Origin: Plasmodiophora brassicae
Lineage: Eukaryota
Length of the DNA stretch: 64,000 bases
Reading direction: 5' to 3'
Assembly: GCA_036867785.1 (NCBI GenBank)
Contig: CP145413.1
Coordinates: 682,001-746,000 of the forward strand
The notes beneath the pieces are model-generated. The model searched no databases, was not told where the DNA came from, and was given only the letters and a program-made list of their open reading frames with translations. Positions within the stretch are counted from its first letter, which is position 1. Each line of letters begins with the position of its first letter. Made by a program: the position numbers and the translations under genes. Shown here in pieces: positions 37,701 to 50,260 of this stretch.

Positions 37701-38943
37701 GCCCTGCGGGCTGATGACCATATCGGTACGTTTCACAAACGGCTTCACGGCTTCACCGATTTCATACTGTTCTGATGTTTTCGTGTCAGATGCATTCTCT
37801 TGTTCATTTGCCGGAAATAATCAAGCGATGGGGTCCGCTGGTCGGTCTTATTTGGGTCTGGCCAATGGAGCGATGGCTGCACTTCATGAAAGACGTTCTA
37901 CAAGCGACCGTCTCTGAAACGGTCAACATCGCGTCCTACATGCAGCTGATCTGTGCTGCTACGTTCCTGCGCAGCGACTTCTACAGACAATATTCGCTGA
38001 GGAATGACTGCCCCTTGATGTTTGGTAATGCCACAGGCATGGATGAAATTCCTACCGCGCATCTGTCGACCCTACCCATCGATCTGCGCCCTCCGCTGTC
38101 GTCTGTAGAACTTAACGATACGATGCGGTGTTGGTTGCATGTTCATCTGTATTCAAATACGCACTGGGCCTCTACCAAGAATCATTCTTGGAGGGTCCGG
38201 TATCGGCGTTTGGTGGCGCTTTATGCGCAGGCGTCTGGGAATCCAAGAGGTCTGAATTCATTCTCTGGCATGTTTCGTCATCTTGGAAGCTTCGATCTGT
38301 TCTGCTCGTTGCACAAATCGTCGTTCGGATCAGTCTGCCTTCCAAAGTCTGTTCAATCCAGCTCTCGTGCTGACATCGGTACTGAGCTTGCCATTTTGGT
38401 TCACGACAATTGGTTTGAAATCATTTCAGGTAGATGTATGTTTCGGAAGCAGGACGTTGACGAGTCGTACAAGACATGCAACTCGAAGTTTGTTGTCGAA
38501 TTCGAAGAGGCTGGCCTCTACATGGGTGACATAAGCAACCTCGTCAAGCTCGATCTAGGCTGGTCGCATCGGTTGGCACATGAGGCGGATTCGATTTGCT
38601 TAATTCTGGTTGGCCGATGGTACAAACTTCACGCCTGCGACAAGCCGTACGATCGAGTTCTTCCCAGATTTTATCCCAACCGTATTTATCAGCAGTTCTT
38701 CTCTTGGTTTTGTAACTGACTTGTCATTGTGTAGGAAATGGGTGGTATAACCCTGGAAGCGCAGATACGATGTGGCAGGCGCTTCACGAGGTCGTTCCAA
38801 ACAACATCGTTACGGTTCCGGCATCAGTCATCCACAACAATGCCGTCGTACAAGCGACAATGGTTTGTATTGAATCCAGAGGAAACATGACTGCTGAAAC
38901 ATTACAGTCAACAATTGCTCGAGATATCGGTGCGGCAGTTTGA
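34780..38943 (+). pseudogene. EnSpm-type transposase (multi-exon, disrupted by a 416-bp tandem duplication)
   Basis: DWTDGDFF, IDG...SVVP....GLPASVR, HDPMH, MHSLVHLPEIIKRWGP....WPMERW motifs typical of TnpD/DUF4218. Confidence 0.75.
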
Positions 38944-39306
38944 GTCAAGGTACATTGCATTGTTGTTTGAACTCTTGTACGAAACTATCTGAATCAAGTA
39001 CCTGTACGGTAGCTAGCTCCTAAGCATTTGCAAGCAATACAAGGGTATTGAGTAGTCGCGTCGATATTGAATTGCTTCGCGAATCGATACGGCCACTGCC
39101 GATTTCACGATCGCATTCGCCGCTGCCTGCCACGGAGGGCAGAAACGAGAAGGTGCGACTCGGAGTGCCGTCGCGCGCTTTGCTGCAGAGTGCAGCAACC
39201 GGCACCCGATGTCGCATGCAGTTACAGTGTACGGCCAGCCCGGTGAGCGCGTGCGGCTGCCTCGTGTGACGTGAGACTGGCGGTTGCTGCTCAATAACGA
39301 AAGCGT

Positions 39307-40121
39307 ATGGCGAGTGCAGGGTCGCATACCGTTTCCCTGAGTCTGGCGCAGAGACAAGCGGGCGTGCCGTCTGCGGAAGAGGAAGAACTTCTGAAGAAGT
39401 TTCGGTCACAAGGCGCGCGGCAAGAGCGCACAGCAGAGCGTAAACGTGCAATCAACCTTGCCAGGACGATATACACGTCGTTCGTTACACGCGTGTCTGT
39501 CCGGCGAAACGAACATTAACTGTTATTGTATAGGACATACAAGGCCGACCTGTCGAGGGATTGCCATAAAGACGTGGAGATACACATCAGGATGTTAAGA
39601 GAGGGTCCATCCATTGGACTTCCGGTCAAATGGTGGACCGTAGAGGATACAAAGCAACGTTTGTCGAAGTCTGCAACCAAATCTTGTCTCGAAATTCTAA
39701 ACGTATCTTCGTGTCAGTCATTAAGCAGACGCGCAAGAGCAAGCGTAAGGCCGAAAATGTATGTTCGCGCGAATCGAACGTGCTGTGCCGACATACTGAA
39801 AGTACGGAGATGAAGGATTCACATATTTGTCGCCAATTTAATAATCATTGTGTAGATGGTCACGACGACTGCCTGTTTGACTTTCTCCGACAGTTGAGAC
39901 AACAGCTAATGCCACATGAGGCGAACGCGCAGTTTCGTGAGAGCCACATCATTGACATGGTTGTCGCTGGGCTTCTGCAAGTCCTTGATCGCGTGTAAGA
40001 CGGCGCCTACCGGTAAGCTTGCTCTGTGGATCTCAATGTTGCTGGTATTATCCAATGTATACTTTTCATTTTAGGAGGTAATCGCCATGGAAAAAGTGAG
40101 GCTCCAGACGCCATTATGTAA
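39307..40121 (+). CDS. Possible second (TnpA-position) spliced gene inside the CACTA element
   Basis: ORF pieces joined by short GT-AG gaps; no recognised domain. Confidence 0.35.
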
Positions 40122-42535
40122 TAAAAAGGTTTATGTCTCCCAACGTTTCCGAGCGAGGTGCACGCCGAGAGAAACTATAAATAGTAGGTTTCCAAATTTA
40201 GTAGGGTTGTGACGGGCACCCCGACGACAGTGTGACTGGATGGCAAGTGGGAGTCAAACAGGGGTCATCTTGGGGCAATGCTGAAAAGCCTCATTTGAAC
40301 CCTTATTTGACCCCAGATGGTTCCCTGTGCTAGCTCAGCGGCCGACACAGATGCGTGGACCCCCAGCGCAACAGAGTCTCGATAGTCAGAACGCCCTGAC
40401 CAGAGTCAAATCTGCGGTGACGAGTGACTTAACGGATGCTGCCGAATGTCCCGTGACACAACGATATTGATGAGGCCACCTGTGTGACTACCCATCGAAT
40501 AGCGTGATGGCCTCTCAGAGGAGCGCCATAAACCGTGGTTGCATGATCGCATAACAACCAGGTTGACTGATTCCATGACTTGCATGCAAACCAGTTGCAA
40601 TGGTCCCAATTATTTGAGAACCGGGCCCACAATTATTGAGGACCATGATCATGATCATCCTCGTATCGTCCATTGCAGAACCGATACGGTTGCGTCGTCC
40701 TTCCGGTCCCGACGGTACTGAATAAGCGTGTTTGACGGTTGACTCCTGTACAACCACAAACCGTAAACACTGCACAGGCATTGTCATTCATACCTAATGC
40801 CGTCGTCGCTGCTTCTGCTTTGTCTGGCGTTGCGCGTTACTCGCTCGCTTTGGTGCTGGGGCGAAACGACGTAGAGCTTCCGCTTGTGGATGATTGTCTC
40901 CCAGACGTCTTATGAGCTGGTACACTACATAACTCGGGAACGTCCTCATAAATGATATGTGCAGGTTCCCACGTCGCCTCCTCAAGATCAAACCCAGACC
41001 ACGATACCTTGATCTGCAGTTCTTGCGTGTCTCGATCGATACGACAATCCAATAGATCGTCCACAATCAAATGCTGGTCAGTGTGTTGGAGATGGCGCTT
41101 CAAATCGACGGTCATGTTCAAGTCAGCGTCTGCATATCGTCGAATTCGTTGCGTGCGTGCGTTGAAGCGTCGTTCAGATAGTGGGTTCTCCAACTCATAC
41201 ACTTGCTCGTTGATTTGCTTGACAACTCGGTACGGTCCCCGCCACTGCGCTATCAGCTTCTGCGCAGGACCTGGTACCGGCTTGGCATTGAGCACGTAGT
41301 CGCCAACGATGAACGATTCGTAGGGACTACTCTTGAGTCGTCGTCGTCGTTGCTCAACATTGGCAGCATGTCGCTGTGCCTTCGCTTCATCGACGGCCTT
41401 GTGGATCTCGTCGAGAGTCTCTTGCAACATCTGCACGTATTTGGCGAATCCCTCCGGTGGTACTCGTCGACACTGTCTTTCTACTGGGTCCCAGATCTGG
41501 TCAAGCGGGCTTTCCGGTGAACGTCCCGTGATAACCGTGAATGGCGCGTAGCCGTTGAGTCGTCGACTTGGTGTGTGGTTGATGACATGCTGGACAACAG
41601 GACATAAGTACGGCCAGTTGTGCGTGCTAATCTGGGCCTCGTTCAGGACTGATCGCATGACGTTAAGCACCGTGCGGTTCACGCGTTCCACCGTGCCGTT
41701 AGCCCACGGACAATATGCCGTTGTGATGTGATGCTGAACATCTCGTAGCCGGGTAAGCTCCTCCATGACTTCTGCAGTGAAGTGTGAACCACCGTCCGTG
41801 ACCAGGTACTCGGGCGTTGCGAAATCGGCAATCCACTGATTCAGAGCTTACGCAGCAACACGACTTGTCGCTTCAGCTGATGGAATCAGACGAACATAAC
41901 CACTGAAGTCATCCTTCAAGAGCAGGATATACTTGTACTTGTGGTCCGCGCCCCTGACAGGCTCCACATAGAGATAGTCCATGGTGAGTACGTCGAACGG
42001 CTGGTGACCATGTAATACTTCACCGAGCGGCCGAGGAACTTTCTTACCACCGCGTGTCGTGATGCAATGCAGGCATTGCTGACACATCGCTTCAATGTCC
42101 TGATTGATCTTGGTCCAGAAGAAGCGCTCCGTGATCATCTGCTTGGTTACTTCCGACGCACGATGACCAGCGCTTACGCAATGGCCAATGACCAGGATTC
42201 GAAGGCGTAGACTCTTGCAGTCTTGATGACAAGGAATAAGAACGGCTTTGCTCTCGTTTTTCCACAGACGATCAGCTTCATCGAAGTAGACCCCGTCCTC
42301 GATCTTCTCATCTCGTGACAGAAAGCGTTGCGAATCGCGGATCTCCTTTTCGGTCGGCCAGCTGAATTCAGGATTTGCCGAGGAGTGACTCGCAAATCGT
42401 CCATCTGCATGATGCGCGTTGCTCTACATGACAGTGCGATGCGACCAGCTCCCCATCGGGTCAGAAGGTCTGCCCATACGTTGTCGGTTCCAGCGATCTC
42501 CTTCATCTTGTAGCTGAAGCCTTGTAGATGCAATG

Positions 42536-45500
42536 TGTCAAACAACATGTCCAGTACAACCAGCAGCACATGCCTGCAGCACGCCGTCACGCACTCCGAA
42601 ACTCCGCGCTCGCCGCCGTTGGCAGCCGTTACGTCGTCGGCGACTACGTCGCCACTGTAACGTCCACCGTGCCGTTGCGCAAACGCCGTACGTAATACAC
42701 TTCACTTCGTTATCGTCTTCCACAGATTAACAGTCGTAAGCGCAGGCGCTTTACCTCTACTCGTCATGGCCGAGCGCCAGGCGACTCCGACACCGAACGC
42801 GGATGACGACCCGTTGAATCACCTGACGATCGACGAGATCGACATCCGTCTAGCCGAAGCGGAGGCAAAGGTCGCAAGGCAGGAGAAGATCGACCGTCTT
42901 CGAATCCTGCAGCAGCAGCTGGCGCGCCCGCCCAGCTGTCCACCGATCCCGTCCGTGCCGATGGTCGCCGAGGCGCACACCCGAAGCGACGCAGGTCGGC
43001 TACCGCTGCCCAAGTTCGATGGAACGCCAGACTCGTTCACGTCCTGGATTCAGACCGCGGCCCTCTGGCTCCGCAACCGTGGATACGCGAACGTCATCGG
43101 GATCAACGAAGATGGCTCGCCGACCGCTACAACCGGTACGACGGACGACCCAGCTCTGGAGGCGGCCGCGCGCGAGATTCTACTCGTCCACATGCTGGAT
43201 CACAAGATCGCGTCTGCGTTGTCCTTGTTTCAAGCAGGATCGGCTGCCAAGTGCTGGCGCGTGCTGTTCCAGGCGTACAGCCCGTCGTCGCTGGCCTCGG
43301 TTGTGCGCGCCATCCGCGACCTCGTCACGATCCAGCACACGCCCGGCGAATCAGTCGCCACTTACGCGGCCAGAGTTCAAGCAGCAGCTCATCGCGTCCG
43401 CGCAACGGTACCGACCGAAATGCTGTCCCTTACTGACGCTCTGGTTGCCGTCCTCATTCTGGCCAATGCATCATCCGACCTGGACGCGGTCGTCGCCGGC
43501 CTGCACAACCGTGCACTGGACACGCTGCCCAGTGTCTCCGAGGTCGTTGCGTCACTGACGAGCGAAGAGATTCGCATCCGAGACGTGCGGGACCGACAAG
43601 AATCGTTCCAGACGGCCAACCGATCCAGCTGCAATACGTCGACACGTACCCGTGGACCTCGACGTAACGAGTCCTGCGTCTTTCATCCGGGATCGAAGCA
43701 TACGAATGGCGAATGCAGCCTGCAGCGGCACATCCGGCATCGAGACAACAACAACAACAACAACAGCAATACATCGTCACCAACGTCCCACGAGTATCCA
43801 TCGTCTGGCGCTCTCCCGACAGATCCGGCATCCGAGCCAACGCGTGCATTGTCGGCACGCCACTCCATCGACGCGAGCGCGAGCTCAATGGGACTATTGG
43901 ACTCGGCCTGTTCCACAACGATGACACCCCTGCGCCAGCATCTCAGCCGTTATCGACGCGTCTCTGGACCAGAAGTCGAACTAGCTGATTTGTCGCGAAC
44001 GACTACGTCCGGTCGGGGCGTGATGTCATTCGGCAAGGATGCCCAGGCGATGAGTATCGACTCACTGCACGTCCCACGACTTGGTCAAGCGCTTGTTTCA
44101 GTCGGACAACTCACCCGATCAGGCCACAAGATCGTATTCGACGGCGCCACCGCGACCATCTACTCGAAGGACAGCTGGACGGCACCCACCGGGCAGCCAG
44201 TGGCGATCAGCACCCGTGGACAAGACAACCTGTACCGGATCGCACTATCAGCTCCATCCACCAACAACACGCAACCGACTGTACCAGCCTGTTCCCTGAT
44301 CGTATCCGACATCGCCTGTCGCGCCGCAATGGTCACCGCTGCATCTCCCGATCTGTGGCACGCACGAACCGGCCATCTCGGCTATGGCAATCTGAACATC
44401 CTGCGGAACCGCTGTCGTGGCATGAAATTCGACGGCCCCATTCCCAAGCGTTCGGACCGGTGCCCATGCGAAGCCTGCCTCCTCGTCAAAGGTAAGCGTT
44501 CCTCATTTCCTCCGAGTAAGTCGCGGGCACTTCGTGTCGGCGATCTCGTGCACAGCGACTTATCCGGTCGGTGGCCCGTTGTCGGCATTGGCGGCTTCGA
44601 GTACTACCAGACGATGCTGGACGACTCCACGCGCTACCTGACGGTCTACCTGCTTCGCCGCAAATCGGACGCCCTCGATGTCATTAAGAACTACGACGCG
44701 CGCCTTCGCAATCAGGAAGTGCGAGGTATCGGGGACTTCCAGACCGACGGTGGCGGCGAGTTCAACTCGAAGGCATGCGTCCTGTTCTACAGCACGTCCG
44801 GCATCCTGCACCGCAAGTCAGTCCCGTACACACCGGAACAGAACGGCCGCGCCGAGAGCGTCAATTACACGCTCTGTTGCATCGAGCTATCGATCCGGTG
44901 TCATGCCCACATGCCCGACTCCACGTGGCCCTGGTCGCTGTCCTACTCTGCCGTCCTGTACAACATCCACCCGAGATCCGTCCTTCCCGGACGTCGCACA
45001 TCGTTCGAGGCAGCTCGTCGCGCCCGACCTGACGTCTCGGCCCTTCGTGTCTACGGTTGCGATGCCTATGCCATGCGACCACATCCCCCCACGAAGAAGC
45101 CGAGCAAGTTGGAGCCTCGTCGTGTTCGCGCTGTGTTCATCGGTTTCACGCCCGGCATGAAGGCGTGGCGGTTCTACGACGTGGACCGCGAAGACACGTT
45201 CGAGAGAACGACTGCCGAATTCCTGGAGAACTCGTTCACATTCGGTTTTGGAAGATCGGCCTCGGCCAGTTCATCATCAGCGCCACCATCCAGTCCCGAG
45301 TCGAGCCCTGCGCCGAACGTTGACACGATCGTCCCGACGCCCATCTCTTCCGACGCCATCATGGCACCTCTACCATCGACGTTAGCATCCTCTATCGCAA
45401 CAGCCCCTCCCGAGCAGGCATGTGCTGCTGCTGGTTGTACTGGACATGTTGTTTGACACGCCCCCTCCAGCAGCACACGCCTTGGTACCGGTGTCGATGA

Positions 45501-45651
45501 TGCCGGCCAGGATCAGGTTCGCGTGATAAGAAGTGCTGAGGGCGGGCTTCGTCAGGTAGTCGGCCGCCATCTCGGCGGACGGGCACTTGTGGACCATAAT
45601 CAGACCGGCCTCGACGGCCTCTCTGGTGTAGTGGAACTGGACCTCGATATC
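42536..45651 (+). mobile_element. Ty1/Copia element, rearranged: 5' LTR (42536-~42724), gag-PR-IN ORF 42766-45456, inverted RNaseH/PPT/LTR fragment 45412-45651
   Basis: LLDSACS protease, LWHARTGH..C..C, VHSDL, QTDGGGEF, TPEQNGRAE; minus-strand MAADYLTK + GGAGGGGGCG + LTR start. Confidence 0.9.
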
Positions 45652-46802
45652 CTTCGTTCGATCTGCGCCGTATGCTTCTTGATCTCCGAGTTCCGGTCGA
45701 AGATGAACGTCAGATTGCGATGATCGCAGTAGAGCAGGAACTCCCGGGATGTCTGCAGTAGGAAATCACCGCGCTGCGTAGCGTTGATGATCGCGGCTGC
45801 CTCCTTCTCGATCGTAGGCCATCTGATCTCTGCACCTGAGAAGCGCTTGCCGTAGAACGCGAGAGGTTCATGTCGTTGTTCACATACAGGCAGGTTGACG
45901 TCATCCATCGGGATCTGCGTAACCACCGCCGACCATGCTGCATCACTGGCGTCCGTGAACGGACAGGTCTGATAATCCTCCTTCGGAAACGCCAGCTGAA
46001 CGTGTTGAATCAAAGCGAAGCGCACGTCCTCGAATGACTTGCTGTGCTGATCGGACCAGCCCAGTGCGTCCAGCGAGACACATGATGGCGATGATGATCG
46101 AATGCGCTTGAGCTCCTCGTTGGCAATGTCAAGCAGCTCTTGCAGCGGTCGTACTATACTTGCGTAGCCGGGTACGTGGGTACGCATCCAGTTGGCCGCC
46201 CACAGAAACTGCTGCAGGTCCGTAGCGGTCTTCGGGCGTGGCATGCTGGTCAGCGCCTCGATGCGTTCTGGATCATGCCGAACTCCTTCTCGCGAGTATA
46301 TCCTGCCGCACCACTTCAACTCGCGAGCGAACAACGTGCACTTGTTCGGGTTCAGCTTCAGGTTGCGCTCGCGACACCGCTCCAACACTCGTGTCAGTTG
46401 ATGAAGAAGGTCTTCCTCCGACCTCGCGAATCCGAGTATGTCGTCAATCCAGATGAGCAAATTCTCCTTCATGTCGTCGAAGATAGCAGCCATTCGGGCG
46501 TGGAACTGAACCGCCGAATTCATACCCCCTTGAATGCTCCTCGTAGGCGTGAATACAGCGTCGTCCGTCATGAAGCTGAAGATTTCCTGACACTCCTTAG
46601 CCAAAGGCATCAACCAGAAGCCCTTGAAAGCATCAATCGTGAAGAAACATGTCATGCCGGAGAGCTTGCGCGTAACAGCCTCAACATTCGGCATCGGCCA
46701 TGCTGTGGGAACACACCGTGCGTTCACTTTACGAAGATCGACACATAGACGATAGCCATCGCCTTTCGGTTTCTTGACGACTAGGACTGGACTTGCCCAT
46801 CG

Positions 46803-46997
46803 TGTCGAGGACCATGTCCTACCACCGGCACACGATGACATTGTGTGGGTGCGCGACTGTGTCACGTCCACAACAGAGGCTCCGCCACCGTCGCCGTTGC
46901 CGGTAACGGCTTTGGCAAGCCCTGTTACACTGCGTTACGTCGCCATCGTCTCGCGCCGATGTCGGTGGAATAAATCACTTCGTTATTGTCTTCCTCA
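46803..46997 (+). mobile_element. Copia-type solo LTR inserted in the RT of C1
   Basis: TG..CA, 5-bp TSD CATCG, splits NSR|WASPV; homologous to the LTR at 50065-50260. Confidence 0.88.
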
Positions 46998-48811
46998 CAT
47001 CGCGAGTTCATGTTCATGTAGACAAGACCGTTCTCCTTCAGCATACTGATCATGTCGTCTAGGAACTCCTTCTGCTTAGGATTGTAGAACCGAGGCTTGC
47101 ATCGGTACGGAGTAGCGTCCTGCTTGAGTTGTGTTACCATCGGTTCGACATCGACAGGCTTGTCTTGACCCAGACGCGTGCGGAATTCGTTCAGATGTCG
47201 TCGCAAGATCAATCGTAGCTTAGCAACTCCTTGACGAGACATGCCATTGAGACGCGCTTGGTGTACCATCCGGTTACAAGAAGCTTCGATCTCGTGAGCA
47301 TTGATCGGTCCCAAGTCAACTTCACTTGACGATGGTTCCATAGAGTCCGACTCTGGTACTGGGTAGTGATCTCCTCGCAACGTTGCCATTCTCGCGGCAA
47401 TTCGCCTCACGGTCTCGATACAATCGACATCGACTGCGGCATATCCTGAGAGCGTATCCATCTCGGTGCATCCTGACGCGATGATGTTCTCGAGTTGCTG
47501 ACGCGGATTGATGCCGAGAGTCGTTAGCAGATTGTCACCGAACAGGATCACAGGAATCTCGTCGCAAACGTAGAAGGTCACATGATACAGCGCCAAATTG
47601 CCAACTTCGGTCTCCAGGATCGTGATTGGAACTTGCACCGTGCGCGTTATGGTTCCGATAACTTTGCCTTCTGCTGAGGTGACGTCTCGTTGCTGAACGT
47701 CACGGAACGTGGCTTCTTTCAACTGGACGGCGATATGGCCAGGCATGATGTTGCCTCCGCGGCAGCCGGAATCCAACTCGTACGGAACACGTATGCCTTC
47801 CAGCACTACGCGTTGTAGATCATCGACGGTATCATTCGCGATTTTGGCCTCAATGTCTTGGGTCGTCAGGCCATGACTCGCTGGAAGCTTCTTGATCTGC
47901 GATTCGATCCATCCTTCCAGGTCGTCATCTGTCAGCAGGTCGACATTGTTCAGGAACAGGTGATTCAACGCGATGCAGGTCAGTTGCGGCGTGGTAAAGC
48001 AGAATCGTATCGCTTGAGGCTTGATCCTCGCGGCTTCCGGACGGTTACCCTCACGGTCGATCACCACTGCACAATATCGATCGTACTGCACTTTCAACTT
48101 CAAGATGGATGTGGAGTCCAACTTCGCGACCCGTGGCAGGATGCTGACATCCGCGTCCTTGACACCAATATGCTCGTCCGTGCTGGACGTCGTCTCCGAT
48201 GCCATGGCGCAGCGTCTCGACGTGGTGCGGGACGAAGTCAGACGTGTGGGATCAGACAGAGTGCGCACTGTAGTCAGTCTCGAGCCAATATCCCCAATCA
48301 CTTTATCATCCATCCCATCCACGGCGTCGGCCATGCCATCACAGTGGAGCTAAATCCGTGCAGGCCCCCTTTTCCTCAGGACAGCAGGACCCTTCTCCTC
48401 AGGACAGCAGCATCTTGAGGTCGGGCACGAGACGCTAAATATAGAGCCCCGCTCTACACGCTAGGATCGCCGAACCGCCGCCTGGGGACATCATCCAGCT
48501 GTTCCGACATTCGCCAGCGGATGGTGATGCTGTGGTTGCTTCGTTGCGGGAGGACAATTCCCAAACATTAGCTGCCCTGGCTGACCTAGGTGAGCAAGTC
48601 ATTGAGGTCCAGGAGCGAGTCGTTGAGGGCCAGGACCTACTGGGAGAATGTCTTCATCGCATCGAAGGCATGCATCGCTGCATCAAGCGATATCGAAAAT
48701 CAGCCATCGCGTTGCGGAACGCCCTTCATCCCGATGAAACTGTATCTTCGAGGAATCTTTTTGAGGGCATCCCGGACGTGCTAGATGAGGATCACCAATG
48801 AAATGCTCAAT

Positions 48812-49560
48812 TTATTCGAAGCCTAGCTCCGCCAGTGCCTCTCGCCGGTATCCAGCAGCGCCGGCGTCGAATAGTCCTGATGGAAGGTAGCCACAGTTCC
48901 TGAACAACGCGCGCAACGAGCATTCGCGGTTGGTGTCCAGAACTCTAGATATGACCTTCGGGAGATCTTTCGCCTGGATCTCGCCCTCCTGGTAATGTCG
49001 ACGCAGTGCCTTCTTTACCATCCCAAAGAAGAATTCAATAGGATTGTAGAAAGGGCAATACGCCGGCAAGAAGATTGGGATAATTTCAAGGGATCGCAGA
49101 TAGGCGACGATGTCGGGGTGGCAATGAATTCTCGCACCGTCCATGATCCAAACTGAACGTCGACCTGGATGTTTTTGAACACGGCCGGAAAGAGCATATT
49201 CACGACAGCACTTTACGAATTCAGCACGATTGAAGTTGCCCTCGATCATGAAGGAGCTTTCCAGGCCATCACAGCCTATGAAACAGAGCAAAGAAACGCC
49301 CTTCATGCGGCCGTATTCGCCTCGATAATACAGTTTTTCACCCTATAGGCTGCCGTTAAACAGGCCGAGAAAGCGTATGACACTACAAATACACAACCTG
49401 AATTGCCCAGCCCTTCTTGCGACGCATGCCTCGATTGTCCATCTTACACTCGTCGAGGAACGCAAGAGTCGCGTTGGTCCAGTCGATTTCATTTCACGGG
49501 CGAATCGAAGCACATCGGCCTCCCGGATATGCATAGCCCGCCGCTCGATAAACTGAAAGG
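48812..49560 (-). pseudogene. DDE_3 (Tc1/IS630-type) transposase fragment
   Basis: SVWIMDGARIHCHP..., FLPAYCPFYNPIEFFFG. Confidence 0.8.
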
Positions 49561-50064
49561 CCATTTAGACAGTTGAACCGTAGAATAAGGCCATCACGTA
49601 CCTTGTGCGTCAGATTATATTCTCTCATTATTCTCCATACTGAGCTTGCGCTGATAGTCGCGTTCCATTGGACGTTGAACGACCTCTGAACCTCATCGAG
49701 GCCGTCATTAAGGGGATCCAGAACCAGTACCGGGACGTAAGTGCCAGGCGTACGCCGGTCGTACGGGCCTCAATCGCTTGCCTCAATCGCTTCGCAAGAT
49801 AACGTTGTCCGTCGGCGCAATCTGCGTCGACGTCGTCCTGAGCCAGATCCAACACCCTGCGCGTCATCGTCGAACCCGCCTCAGCAAATTGCGCCATTCA
49901 TGTCACCTCAAGCTACGCCACGATCCGTCTCGTGCCGCGTCAACGAGCCAAGGCATATGAGCACGTGCAAGGCGGTGTTGTTCATGATTCAGAGTCAAAG
50001 GTCCAGCCGGGACACATCCGTTCGACCGTCTTCCGCATGCAACCGCGTGCCGTTGGAGGGGGCG

Positions 50065-50260
50065 TGTCGAGGATCATGTCGTACCACCGGCACACGGTGA
50101 CACCGTGACAGTGCGCGACTGCGTAACGTCCTCGGCAGAGGCTCCGCCACTGACGCCGTTGTCGGTAACGGCTTGGCAAGCCCCTGTTACACAGCGTTAC
50201 ATCGCCACCGTCTCGCGCCGATGTCGGTCGGAATAAATCACTTCATTATTGTCCTTCTCA
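50065..50260 (+). mobile_element. Copia-type 3' LTR with upstream PPT (truncated element)
   Basis: GGAGGGGGCG then TGTCGAGG...TTCTCA, similar to 46803-46997. Confidence 0.8.

Larger units (their letters stand above)
34519..40329 (+). mobile_element. CACTA/EnSpm (CMC) DNA transposon
   Basis: Imperfect TIRs CACAGGGAACC..ATC.GGGGTCAAAT at both ends and a 3-bp TSD CTA; the empty site is visible in the paralogous Gypsy at ~57190-57210. Confidence 0.9.
34045..48458 (-). mobile_element. Gypsy element C1 with chromodomain; ~190-bp LTRs (34045-34233, 48269-48458); gag-pol fragments 40795-48205
   Basis: Near-identical TG..CA LTRs, 4-bp TSD CGCT, PPT GGAGAAAGGCAG; LDSG protease, WIDD RT, TDAS RNase H, integrase, chromodomain; disrupted. 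Confidence 0.92.
33208..49620. mobile_element. Tc1/IS630-like DNA transposon with a convergent accessory gene, split by Gypsy C1; ends uncertain
   Basis: DDE ORF at 48812-49560 (-) and accessory ORF at 33268-34044 + 48463-48801 (+) that rejoins across the TSD CGCT. Confidence 0.55.
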
